Below, piece after piece: positions 10,632-19,304 of a stretch of 52,504 bases of DNA. Numbering within the stretch: position 1 is the stretch's first letter; every line of letters starts with the position of its first letter. Made by a program: the position numbers and the translations under genes. The stretch is from an uncultured bacterium (GTDB taxonomy: Bacteria; Electryoneota; RPQS01; CBDVBD01), in assembly GCA_965372135.1 (NCBI GenBank), contig CBDVBD010000002.1, forward strand, positions 1-52,504, given 5' to 3'. Below the pieces are notes generated by a model, which did not search any database, had not been told where the DNA came from, and saw nothing but the letters and a program-made list of their open reading frames with translations.

Positions 10632-11447
10632 CTAAAAAACTTCTATTCGAGCCAAGGCTTGCACTTTGTAATGTCCGGTCTGTAGGCTGTCAGCCAGAAA
10701 CCAAGTCTTTTCCGTATCTAACAACCAGTATCCCGCCTGCAGTTGTTCCCAGGTTAAAGGTCTGTTAGATGGAAACCCATCCATTCCTCGAACTTTATAG
10801 GCGTAATTTTCCGGACCTAAGGTGACGATGGTGTCCGGCAGGAAATCCGACAGTGGAAGTGCGTTTTCCATCACCGAATCAGGATTTAGCACAGGTGTCG
10901 GAGTAATATCATCGAACTCCACTAAGAAGGAATCAAACGGCACTATCACATTTAGCTTTCGGAAAATCAAGAACTCATTAGTATCATTAACATTAAAAGC
11001 GCCCGGCAGATCAATCAGTGAATCGGGGAAAATCACGTTCCGTGTTTCCACGAAGATGAATCCTAACGACATCCATTCCCAGTACAAATCATCGTAACCT
11101 CTATCGTCGTGGGGGTTAAATCCATCGCTGCCCACCGGTCGGTATCCGTGAAGTGGTCGCATGTCCCATTCCACTGTATCCGGGTCCACCCAGGGATCTA
11201 TAAAATCGTCTGGAATCAAATTATTCAAAGAATCCGCTTCCAAACCTTCAATCTCAAATGACTGCAAATCACGCAGGTTTACTTCCAGACTGTTGTTTCC
11301 CAAGGTGATGGTGACAGTCACCGGATCTGTTCCTCCGCCGTTACCCCCATTATCACCGTCGTCATCACATCCCACCAAAACCCCCATCCCCAGCATAAAT
11401 GAAATAAGCGTGACCCAACTAAATCGGGACATGGAACGCAGGATCAT
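10632..11447 (-). CDS. Lipoprotein of unknown function, probable partner of the TonB-dependent receptor
   Basis: Lipobox LVGC is followed by an Asp/Gly-rich linker. The gene sits immediately upstream of, and co-directional with, the receptor gene (12 nt gap). Confidence 0.55.
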   Translation of the reverse strand: MILRSMSRFSWVTLISFMLGMGVLVGCDDDGDNGGNGGGTDPVTVTITLGNNSLEVNLRDLQSFEIEGLEADSLNNLIPDDFIDPWVDPDTVEWDMRPLHGYRPVGSDGFNPHDDRGYDDLYWEWMSLGFIFVETRNVIFPDSLIDLPGAFNVNDTNEFLIFRKLNVIVPFDSFLVEFDDITPTPVLNPDSVMENALPLSDFLPDTIVTLGPENYAYKVRGMDGFPSNRPLTWEQLQAGYWLLDTEKTWFLADSLQTGHYKVQALARIEVF

Positions 11448-11811
11448 TTCCTCTCCTTCTTGGTTTGTCCTCTGATTATATTTTGATATATACTTTGTGA
11501 AATATTTAGCAAGCCACTGAAAAAAAATAACAACAGTCCGCAGAATGTGTTATATCAAATCTAACATAATATAAACACCGGAAAAATGACATGCAAGAAT
11601 TATTTATGTTTTTCTTGACATAATTATGAACTTCGCGTTCCTATCTGTTATTGTTCTGTTCGGGAGACCTGCCGGAAGCAGAATGCTACCTGGTATATAA
11701 CTGTGGAAAACTGTTGACTTTGCACCAGTTCTTTGTTATATTTTTCAAGCACATTTTCTATCAGTCAGTTGTTATCACAGAATACACAGTGCTCATCTGA
11801 TAGGTTTTTTT

Positions 11812-12582
11812 ATGTTGGAAAACGTGATCGTTCTTGGACTACTCGCAAGCTTAGCGGCGGGTTTGGCAACCGGAGTTGGTGCACTGCCGGCACTGTTTAT
11901 CCGTCGAATTTCCGACCGGGTGATGGATACCATGCTGGGTGGTGCGGCGGGAGTGATGTTAGCCGCTACCTCTTTCAGTTTAGTGATCCCTGCCATCGAA
12001 TACGGCAATCGAGTGTGGGGAGGGAGTGGGGTGTTTATGGCGGTGGCGGGGATTTTTGCCGGTGCGGTGTTTTTGGATAGGATTGATAAATGGGTGCCTC
12101 ACACACACTTCATTAAAGGGGCTGAGGGACCGTCTTCTTCACTTAGGAAGACCTGGTTGTTTGTCCTAGCTATTACCATCCATAATTTCCCGGAAGGGAT
12201 GGCGGTCGGGGTGGGATTCGGAAGTGGTAACATCGGTGCCGCCACCGCCTTAGCCATTGGGATTGGCTTGCAGAACATGCCGGAAGGATTGGCAGTTGCT
12301 TTACCCCTTTTACGGGAAAAGTACTCCCGATGGGCAGCGTTTTCTATTGCCGCATTATCTGGATTGGTGGAGCCTATCGGTGGGTTATTAGGCGTGTCGA
12401 TGGTGGTAATTTTTCAACCGGTGCTGCCCTTTGCGTTAGCCTTTGCCGGCGGTGCCATGTTGTTCGTTATCAGCGACGAAATCATTCCGGAAACCCACAC
12501 CCGCGGCAACGAGCGGATTTCCACATTCGGCGTGGTCATTGGGTTCATCATCATGATGGCATTGGATAACCTGTTAGGATAA
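11812..12582 (+). CDS. zupT: ZIP-family divalent metal (zinc) transporter
   Basis: 256 aa polytopic membrane protein with the paired ZIP signatures HNFPEGMAVG and QNMPEGLAVA, as in E. coli ZupT. Confidence 0.8.
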   Translation: MLENVIVLGLLASLAAGLATGVGALPALFIRRISDRVMDTMLGGAAGVMLAATSFSLVIPAIEYGNRVWGGSGVFMAVAGIFAGAVFLDRIDKWVPHTHFIKGAEGPSSSLRKTWLFVLAITIHNFPEGMAVGVGFGSGNIGAATALAIGIGLQNMPEGLAVALPLLREKYSRWAAFSIAALSGLVEPIGGLLGVSMVVIFQPVLPFALAFAGGAMLFVISDEIIPETHTRGNERISTFGVVIGFIIMMALDNLLG

Positions 12583-12623
12583 CACCCACGCACCGCGAAA
12601 ACCCAGCGTCAAAGAATATAGAT

Positions 12624-12668
12624 AAAGAAACCGCATGCCAGATTATTTTCTGACATGCGGTTTTGTTT
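12624..12668. terminator. Bidirectional terminator between the convergent zupT and fdhB genes
   Basis: CCGCATGCCAG-attatttt-CTGACATGCGG, flanked by AAAGAAA on one side and TTTTGTTT on the other. Confidence 0.65.
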
Positions 12669-12703
12669 ACGGATTATCCGAAATTATTGAAATGCGAGAT
12701 GCC

Positions 12704-13486
12704 TTAGGCATTTTCGCTTTCACGGACCTCCCGCAGCTTGGACATTGCCATACCTACCATCGCTGCAGTAATTGCCACGCCTGGAATAGCATGGATCAAA
12801 TCCTGTAGCATACCCAGATCCGCAGGAACCTGAGGATTCGCCGGCAAGTCGTAATGTTTCAAGCCGCCCGGGAGCAGCATGATGGAGTGGAGACCGTCAA
12901 GCTGCTTCTTTCCGTAGATATCTACTTTCCCTTTTTTCTTTAAGGTATTCAGCCGGTCAGCAGCCCGTTGGTAGATCTCGCTCTTCGGTCCGTAGGCAAT
13001 GGCACCGGTGGGGCAGGTCTTGGCGCATGCCGTGATCATGCCATTTTCCACCCGGTCGTAGCAAGCGGTACACTTCCGTGATTTCTCCAATGCCGGATCG
13101 ACATGTGGGACGCCGAATGGACAGGCATCCACGCAGGCACCACAGCCGATGCACAGTTCATCGTTGACATACACGGTCTTGAATTCCGGATGCCGGGTCA
13201 TCGCTTTCGGCTCCACCGGACACGCTTTAATACAAGCTGAATCGGTACAGTGGAAGCAATGATGCCGCCGGAAATACCATTTCACCTCTCCACCTTCGAA
13301 CACTTCATAGAACTTCAACACATTCCATGTAATGGGGGACAGGTCCGAAGGGTTCTGATACCCGCCTTCTTTGGCGAAGAACGTGGTCTTTTCACCGGGC
13401 AGGTAATTCCATTGTTTACAAGCTACCTGACAACTGCGACAGGCAATGCACAGGCTTCCGTCGTACAGAAATGCATTCTCAGCCAT
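12704..13486 (-). CDS. fdhB: Formate dehydrogenase iron-sulfur (beta) subunit with C-terminal membrane anchor
   Basis: Four ferredoxin-type Cys clusters are present (CIACRSCQVAC, CFHCTDSACIKACP, CIGCGACVDACP, CTACYDRV...CAKTCP), plus a hydrophobic C-terminal helix. The gene is immediately downstream of fdhA. Confidence 0.85.
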   Translation of the reverse strand: MAENAFLYDGSLCIACRSCQVACKQWNYLPGEKTTFFAKEGGYQNPSDLSPITWNVLKFYEVFEGGEVKWYFRRHHCFHCTDSACIKACPVEPKAMTRHPEFKTVYVNDELCIGCGACVDACPFGVPHVDPALEKSRKCTACYDRVENGMITACAKTCPTGAIAYGPKSEIYQRAADRLNTLKKKGKVDIYGKKQLDGLHSIMLLPGGLKHYDLPANPQVPADLGMLQDLIHAIPGVAITAAMVGMAMSKLREVRESENA

Positions 13487-13488
13487 GA

Positions 13489-16488
13489 TTACACCTCCCT
13501 TTCTATGTCACAGAGGAAGGCTTTATATTCGGGAATCATGGTGTTGGCGTCACCAACATGCGGGGTAAGCACATTGGCGCTATCTCCTACGGCGATTCCA
13601 GAATACCCCCAGTGCCAGGGTAGCCCGATCTGATGGACAGTGTTACCGTTGAGTTTGAATGGCTGGAACCGGTGAGTGACCACCGCGTAGGCAGAAATAC
13701 TGCCGCGTGCGGAAGAAACCTTCACACGATCACCGTTCTTGATACCTTTTTCCTCGGCAAGTTGGTACGACATTTCCATAAACATGTCAGGCATCAGCTC
13801 GGACAACCACGTCAGATTACGAGTCATCTGCCCAGCCTGCCAATGCTCGACCACACGATAGGTGGTAGCCACAATAGGATACTTATCTGGTGTGCCGAGA
13901 TCATCCATATCGGATGCCCAGATCTTAATGACCGGATTGGTCTGCTGCTTGTGTAGGAGGTTTTGTACCGGACTTTCCACCGGTTCGTAATGGGTCGGGA
14001 AAGGACCATCAGCGCGACCCATTCCGAATAACCGGGCATGACCTTCCGGCTTCATGATAAACGGGTGCTTGGTTCCTGGCGCCCATCCACCGTCAGGAAC
14101 GTCACCGATCCAACCGCCCTTGCCTTCCTTGGCGCTTGGATCCCATTTGATTACCCATTTATGAGCAGCATATGGGGAACCATCGGGCCTACAGGAGGCG
14201 CGGTTGTAGATGATCCGGCGGTTGACCGGCCAGCACCATGCCCATTGCGGATACAGCCCGATGTTGTTCGGTGCATCCAGTTTGTTCCGGCGTGCAGCCA
14301 TGTTGCCTTTTTCGGTATAGCTGCCGCAGTACAGCCAGTTCCCGCTGCAGGTGGTACCGTCATCTTTCAAATGACCGAAGCTGGCGAGCTGCTGACCTTT
14401 CTTGTAGTTTCCGGTGTCAGCCATGGCGTAGCCGTTGCATTCTTTCGATACTACGTGCGGGCTCGGCTCATCATCCCCGTAATCCCACATCAAGTTCACT
14501 AAAGGATCCGGGAAAGTGCCGCCCTGCTTGTATTTCTCTGCTATTGCTTTGTACAACTGATCCAGCATCCACAGGTCGGTACGTGCCACTCCGGGTGGTT
14601 CGGCAGCCTTGTAACGCCACTGCATCCAGCGTCCAGAATTGACGATGGAACCTTCCTTTTCAACCGATGCCGCTGCTGGCAGCACGAATACTTCGGTTTT
14701 GATCTTCTTGGGATCAGCGCCCGGACGTTTCCAGAACAACATGGAGTCGGTCATCCACAAGTCTGCCGCCACCATCCAGTCCAGTTTCTCCATCGCACGA
14801 CGCTCTTTCCTGGCGTTGGGACCACCCACTGCCGGGTTCTGACCCCACAGGAACAATCCCTTGATATCCCCTTCGTCCATCGCTTCGAACAAGGCGATAT
14901 GGGAATAGTTGGTGGCGTCGTCCAACTTGGGCATGTAATGGTAATCGAATTCATTAGCCTGGGTGGCGTGATCGCCCCAGAAGGCTTTCAGAATACTGAC
15001 CATGTACTTCGGTGTGTGCTGCCACCAGTTGGCGCTCATGTCGCCGCCCATGGTTTTCGGGGTCCACTTATCCAGGTAGGCTTGCAGACTGGTGTTGGTT
15101 GCCCTTGGTACTTTCAGGTAGCCGGGTAAGATGTGAAACAAGCATGCGTAGTCCGTAGAACCCTGTACGTTGGATTCCCCACGCAGTGCGTTGATTCCAC
15201 CGCCCGCCACACCGATGTTTCCTAATAGCAACTGTAGCATCGCATAGGAACGCACATTCTGGGTTCCGTAGGTATGCTGTGTGGAGCCCATTGCGTACAT
15301 AATCGTTGCCGATTGTCCTTCTTCTCCGGTTGCAGTGAAGCAATCGGCAATCTTGTCGAAGGTGTTGGTCGGCATACCGCACACGTTGCTCACCATGTCC
15401 GCGGTGTACTTTTCGTAATGTTTCTTCATCAACTGGAACACACAGTTAGGATCGGACAATGTCAAATCCTGCTTGGGATTGCCGTCGGCATCCAACTGAT
15501 ATTTCCAGGTGCTCTTGTTATATTTTCTGCCTACCAACCCGGAAAACACACCGTCTTTGAATCCAAAAGCTGGGTCAATCAGGAAGGAGGCATTAGTGCA
15601 TTCCACCACGTAATCCTTGTGAAATTTATTCTGCTGGAATACGTAATTGATCAGACCGCCAATAAATGCAATGTCGGTGCCTGACCGCAATGGTGCGTAA
15701 ATGTCTGCTTTGGAAGATGTGCGAGTGTAACGAGGATCGACATGGATCAATTTCGCGCCCTTCGCCATCGCTCGAGTCACCCACTTGAAGGACAGCGGGT
15801 GGTTCTCGGCGGCGTTGGAGCCGATAATCATGATGCAATCGGAATTGCCGATGTCAATCCAGTGATTGGTCATTGCCCCACGTCCAAATGATTCCGCCAG
15901 ACCGGCGACAGTGGAGCTGTGTCATATCCGAGCCTGGTGTTCGATGTACACGACGCCCATGGCGGTGGCTAATTTCCGCCACAGATAGCACTCCTCGTTG
16001 TCCAATGCGGCGCCGCCTAATCCGGCAATCGCTTCGACGCGATTGACCACGCGACCTTTGCTGTCCTTGGCAATGAAATGCTTGTCCCGGGTTTCTTTTA
16101 CCTTGTCAGCAATCCGGTTGATTGCCCATTCCCAGGATACCTGCTCCCAGTCGGTTGCGCCGGGTGCTCGGTACAGTACCTTGTCCAACCGGCGGTCGCT
16201 GGTTGCCACCTGGTACAATCCCTGCCCTTTACAACACAGGGCGCCCTCATTGATCGGGTGATCCGGATCGCCTTCGACGTTAATCACATTGCGATTCACC
16301 GCCGACACGATCAACCCGCATCCCACCGCACAATAAGGGCAGATGGTTGTTGATTCCGTGGCGAAACGGGTCTTAAGGGTCGCGGCATGAGCTTGGGTAC
16401 GGATTAAATCAACCCCTAAATTGACAAATAGGGTTGCTGCCGTTGCCACACCGGACGCTTGAAGAAACCCTCTTCGGGTTACTTGCAT
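13489..16488 (-). CDS. fdhA: Formate dehydrogenase catalytic (alpha) subunit, molybdopterin enzyme, Tat-exported, selenocysteine-containing (UGA at 15922-15924)
   Basis: The track ORFs 15922..16488 and 13489..15873 are in the same frame. Reading through the TGA gives ...[37 protein letters not shown], which matches the FdnG Sec context. There is a Tat signal (MQVTRRGFLQASG) and a 4Fe-4S motif (CPYCAVGCG). Confidence 0.9.
15890..15921 (-). promoter_or_regulatory. SECIS element of fdhA
   Basis: Directly 3' of the UGA, CACAGCUCCACUGUCGCCGGUCUGGCGGAA forms a CGCC-GGUCU-GGCG hairpin. The GGUCU loop resembles the E. coli fdhF/fdnG SECIS apex (from memory). Confidence 0.65.
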
Positions 16489-16597
16489 AGCTTTCTCCTT
16501 TGTGAACTTTGGATTTTAGCTTTCTGCGTTCTTTTATCTATTTGTTATTCCTATTATTACTATTCAGCACAATATTAACAATCGGCGAGGTTTCTTC

Positions 16598-16636
16598 TTA
16601 TCTCCCCCCCGGGAACCGGGGGGGATAAAGGGGGGG
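16598..16636. repeat. C-run/G-run hairpin element, copy 1 of 3
   Basis: TTATCT-C7-GGGAACC-G7-ATAAA-G7. This is a 10 bp C/G stem followed by a second G-run. It lies between the fdhE stop and the fdhA start. Confidence 0.8.
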
Positions 16637-16642
16637 CACTTG

Positions 16643-16674
16643 CCAACTTGTCAACTTGATAACTTGTTAACTTA
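16643..16674. repeat. Four tandem 8-mers of the form NNAACTTG
   Basis: CCAACTTG TCAACTTG ATAACTTG TTAACTTA. The array abuts and overlaps the fdhE stop codon. Confidence 0.7.
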
Positions 16675-17574
16675 ACTAAAGGTCATCGCTACGTTTGGAT
16701 GCACGAAACCTTCCTGCACCGCTACCATATCCAATGCCAGCGACCCCACATCTTCCGTTATTGGCTGCTCCAGTTTCAACTCTGAAATCCGCTCGTCATA
16801 TATCTTTATATACGATTGGCATTTATCACACACCTGTACCCTGATCGGATCCTTCGGTGGACCGGAAATGTCTTTATCCTGCGCAGTAAAATATCGGGAT
16901 TGTTCCGGATTCTTTTTGCCGCAGAATGGGCACGTCATCCGTTCGAAAGTCCATTGGATATTGCACAAATCACACCACAACCACAGGGCACCCTCATCCT
17001 TTTCCAACCTGCCAAACTGAGGATAACTATGACATACCGGGCAGAATCCCTCCTGCCATTCGGTTTCTTTTGCTTCAGTATACTGATGCGATGCTAACAG
17101 GTGGAAATACGGCTTAAATAGCTCCCGACCCAAGAAACTCAACACATCCGCTTCCGTCGAAACTTTCGAGGCAATTTTCGAAATATCCTGGGGAGATGAC
17201 ATTCTGATCGCCGTCACCCAATCCACCAACAATTCAATATCACTGGTATGTAACGTCTTGACTACCATGGTAATCGTTTCCGGGAAATCCCCCTGCTCCA
17301 GAAAAGTATCGAATTCTTCCAGAGTCAGTTTGACTGCATCGGCTAACCGTGCATTCCACACCGGATCGTCATGGCTATATGATTCGGAAAAATGCCGGGT
17401 GATATGGCGGGTATTGACGATTCTGCTTATTACCCGTTTTCGGAATTTGACCAAGCTGGAATGTAATGCCAGGTATTCCTGCGACACTCCTTCACGGTTT
17501 GTAAGCTTCGCCATATCCCGCAACGCGGTATCCAATCCCGAAATCACCGTCGTTTGGTTCGTTTTATCTGTCAC
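16672..17574 (-). CDS. fdhE: Formate dehydrogenase accessory protein FdhE
   Basis: 300 aa with the four characteristic CxxC pairs (CPVCHS, CDLCN, CPFCG, CDKCQ). It sits in the fdh cluster. Confidence 0.8.
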   Translation of the reverse strand: MTDKTNQTTVISGLDTALRDMAKLTNREGVSQEYLALHSSLVKFRKRVISRIVNTRHITRHFSESYSHDDPVWNARLADAVKLTLEEFDTFLEQGDFPETITMVVKTLHTSDIELLVDWVTAIRMSSPQDISKIASKVSTEADVLSFLGRELFKPYFHLLASHQYTEAKETEWQEGFCPVCHSYPQFGRLEKDEGALWLWCDLCNIQWTFERMTCPFCGKKNPEQSRYFTAQDKDISGPPKDPIRVQVCDKCQSYIKIYDERISELKLEQPITEDVGSLALDMVAVQEGFVHPNVAMTFS

Positions 17575-17595
17575 ATTGATGCTTTCGTAAAATGA

Positions 17596-18402
17596 TTATT
17601 CCAGGCTGTTGCCGTTGAGCACCACCCGGTACGGATGGCTGTAGATGTTCATCCGCTTCCCCCGGGCAAATCCGATTAACGTCATCCCCGCTTCGTCAGC
17701 GATCTTCAACGCCGATGAGGTCGGCGCCGACCGGGAAATTAATATTGGTATCTGCCGGCGAGCCGCCTTCAGCACCATTTCCGATGACAGCCTGCCGCTA
17801 ACCAACATCGCCTTGTCAGAACAATCCAACCCCTGAATCAGAGTGTGCCCGGTTACCTTATCCACCGCATTGTGCCTGCCGATATCTTCCCGGCACACCA
17901 GCACTTCGGCATCCCCGAACAACGCTGCCACATGTACGCATCCAGTTTGCTCGAAGATGGTGGACAAGTGTTGCAATTGCTTGATCAATTGATACAGCGT
18001 GTCCACCGAAAACCGAACTTGTGAATCCATCGCGGGCAGGTCTAATTTGTCCACCAGATGCGAAAATGTCTGACCTTTGGCACAACCGGATGTGATCGCC
18101 CGTCCTCGGTGAAAATCTTCTTCGGAAAACGGAGTGCCTTCCTTAAGCGTCACCCAGGCAACACCCTTGGATTCGTTCACCGATATCCGTGCGATATCGT
18201 CGATCGAGGAAATAACACCTTCCGAAAACAGAAATCCCACCGTCAAATCTTTCGGATTCACCGGCGTGCAAAGCAGCGTCACCAATTCAGTGTCGTTGAC
18301 AAAAATCGTGAGCGGTGCTTCTTTGGCAATCACGTCATCCACCTGCCGGTGATCGGTGTTGCTAACCTTTAAGATGCTGATATTCTCTATCGGCTCAGGC
18401 AT
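17596..18402 (-). CDS. fdhD: Formate dehydrogenase sulfurtransferase/accessory protein FdhD
   Basis: 268 aa with GRHNAVDK and SGR.S.EMV motifs typical of the FdhD/NarQ family. Confidence 0.85.
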   Translation of the reverse strand: MPEPIENISILKVSNTDHRQVDDVIAKEAPLTIFVNDTELVTLLCTPVNPKDLTVGFLFSEGVISSIDDIARISVNESKGVAWVTLKEGTPFSEEDFHRGRAITSGCAKGQTFSHLVDKLDLPAMDSQVRFSVDTLYQLIKQLQHLSTIFEQTGCVHVAALFGDAEVLVCREDIGRHNAVDKVTGHTLIQGLDCSDKAMLVSGRLSSEMVLKAARRQIPILISRSAPTSSALKIADEAGMTLIGFARGKRMNIYSHPYRVVLNGNSLE

Positions 18403-19000
18403 TTAGTTCTCGACACCAAATTCTGGCAACCGCGTGGTCGGAAGCAGTATTAATGTTCCAAAAGGTTTTTTCAAGTAATTCCGGTGGGAACCGTTCATCC
18501 ATCCTGACTAAACGCACCTGCTGATGTTCCAGGAAAGCATGCGCTTGGCGTTGTCCTGCGTTCAGTGCGGTTTCGATGTCCTTACGGCATCGCTTGGAAT
18601 AGAACCCCATCAAGGGTTCGGTCTTCCCCTGATGAGTGGGGACGATAATATCCTCCCCGGCGATTTCCTCCCACAAACATTGGATGATGTCAGGATGGAT
18701 AAATGGCGTGTCACAGGCGGTGATGAAGCAGTAGTCACCTTCTCCCACACCCAATGCGCTGTGAATGCCTCCCAATGGACCTTGCCCGGAAATCTCATCT
18801 ACAATATTTGTTAAATCAACATCGTGAAATTTATCACGATCATCGGTAATAAAAAACACCTGGTGGAACAAATTACGAAGTGTCTTGGTAATAAAATCAA
18901 CCACCTGGTGGCTATCCAAGGTCATCAGAGCTTTATCAGTGCCGAATCGGCGGCTCTTTCCTCCCCCTAAAATTGCTGCATAGGCAGAAGGCTGAGCCAT
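18395..19000 (-). CDS. mobA: Molybdenum cofactor guanylyltransferase
   Basis: ILGGGKSRRFGTDKA, GPLGGIHSAL and ACDTPF motifs are present. The gene overlaps fdhD by 8 nt. Confidence 0.85.
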   Translation of the reverse strand: MAQPSAYAAILGGGKSRRFGTDKALMTLDSHQVVDFITKTLRNLFHQVFFITDDRDKFHDVDLTNIVDEISGQGPLGGIHSALGVGEGDYCFITACDTPFIHPDIIQCLWEEIAGEDIIVPTHQGKTEPLMGFYSKRCRKDIETALNAGQRQAHAFLEHQQVRLVRMDERFPPELLEKTFWNINTASDHAVARIWCRELNA

Positions 19001-19304
19001 TTTTGATGTTCTTCTTACCTAAAAATTTCGCGAACTGCGGAGAAACCGCGGAATTTGACTTTATTTACCCAATGTAAATATTTATCGTGCTAATGTCAAG
19101 AAAAAAACACGGAATATTTTGTTTGCATTGAATTTAAATATGTCAAATTTGATATAATTAAAACCTTTAATCCTTAAAAATTTACAAATCTATCCTTGAG
19201 TAATTCCTCTAAATTTACTATATTATTTGGTATTTTTCAACACCCCTTGTAACAAAGTTCACAAAATTATCATAGGAAATCACCGATTGCCCTATAACCC
19301 ACTG

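Noticed and set aside
11448-11811. Possible Zur/Fur-type operator in the divergent spacer between the receptor-lipoprotein operon and zupT (TGTGTTATAT ... ATATAAACAC around 11546-11578)
   Set aside because: It is only an imperfect inverted repeat with an indel and a 13 nt spacer. It does not match any Zur or Fur consensus I can recall, and the region is generally AT-rich, so chance palindromes are expected.
15874-15921. Apparent 48 nt intergenic gap or gene split between two formate dehydrogenase ORFs
   Set aside because: The gap is in frame with both ORFs and encodes conserved FdnG-like residues. It is a selenocysteine UGA with SECIS, not a pseudogene or two separate genes.
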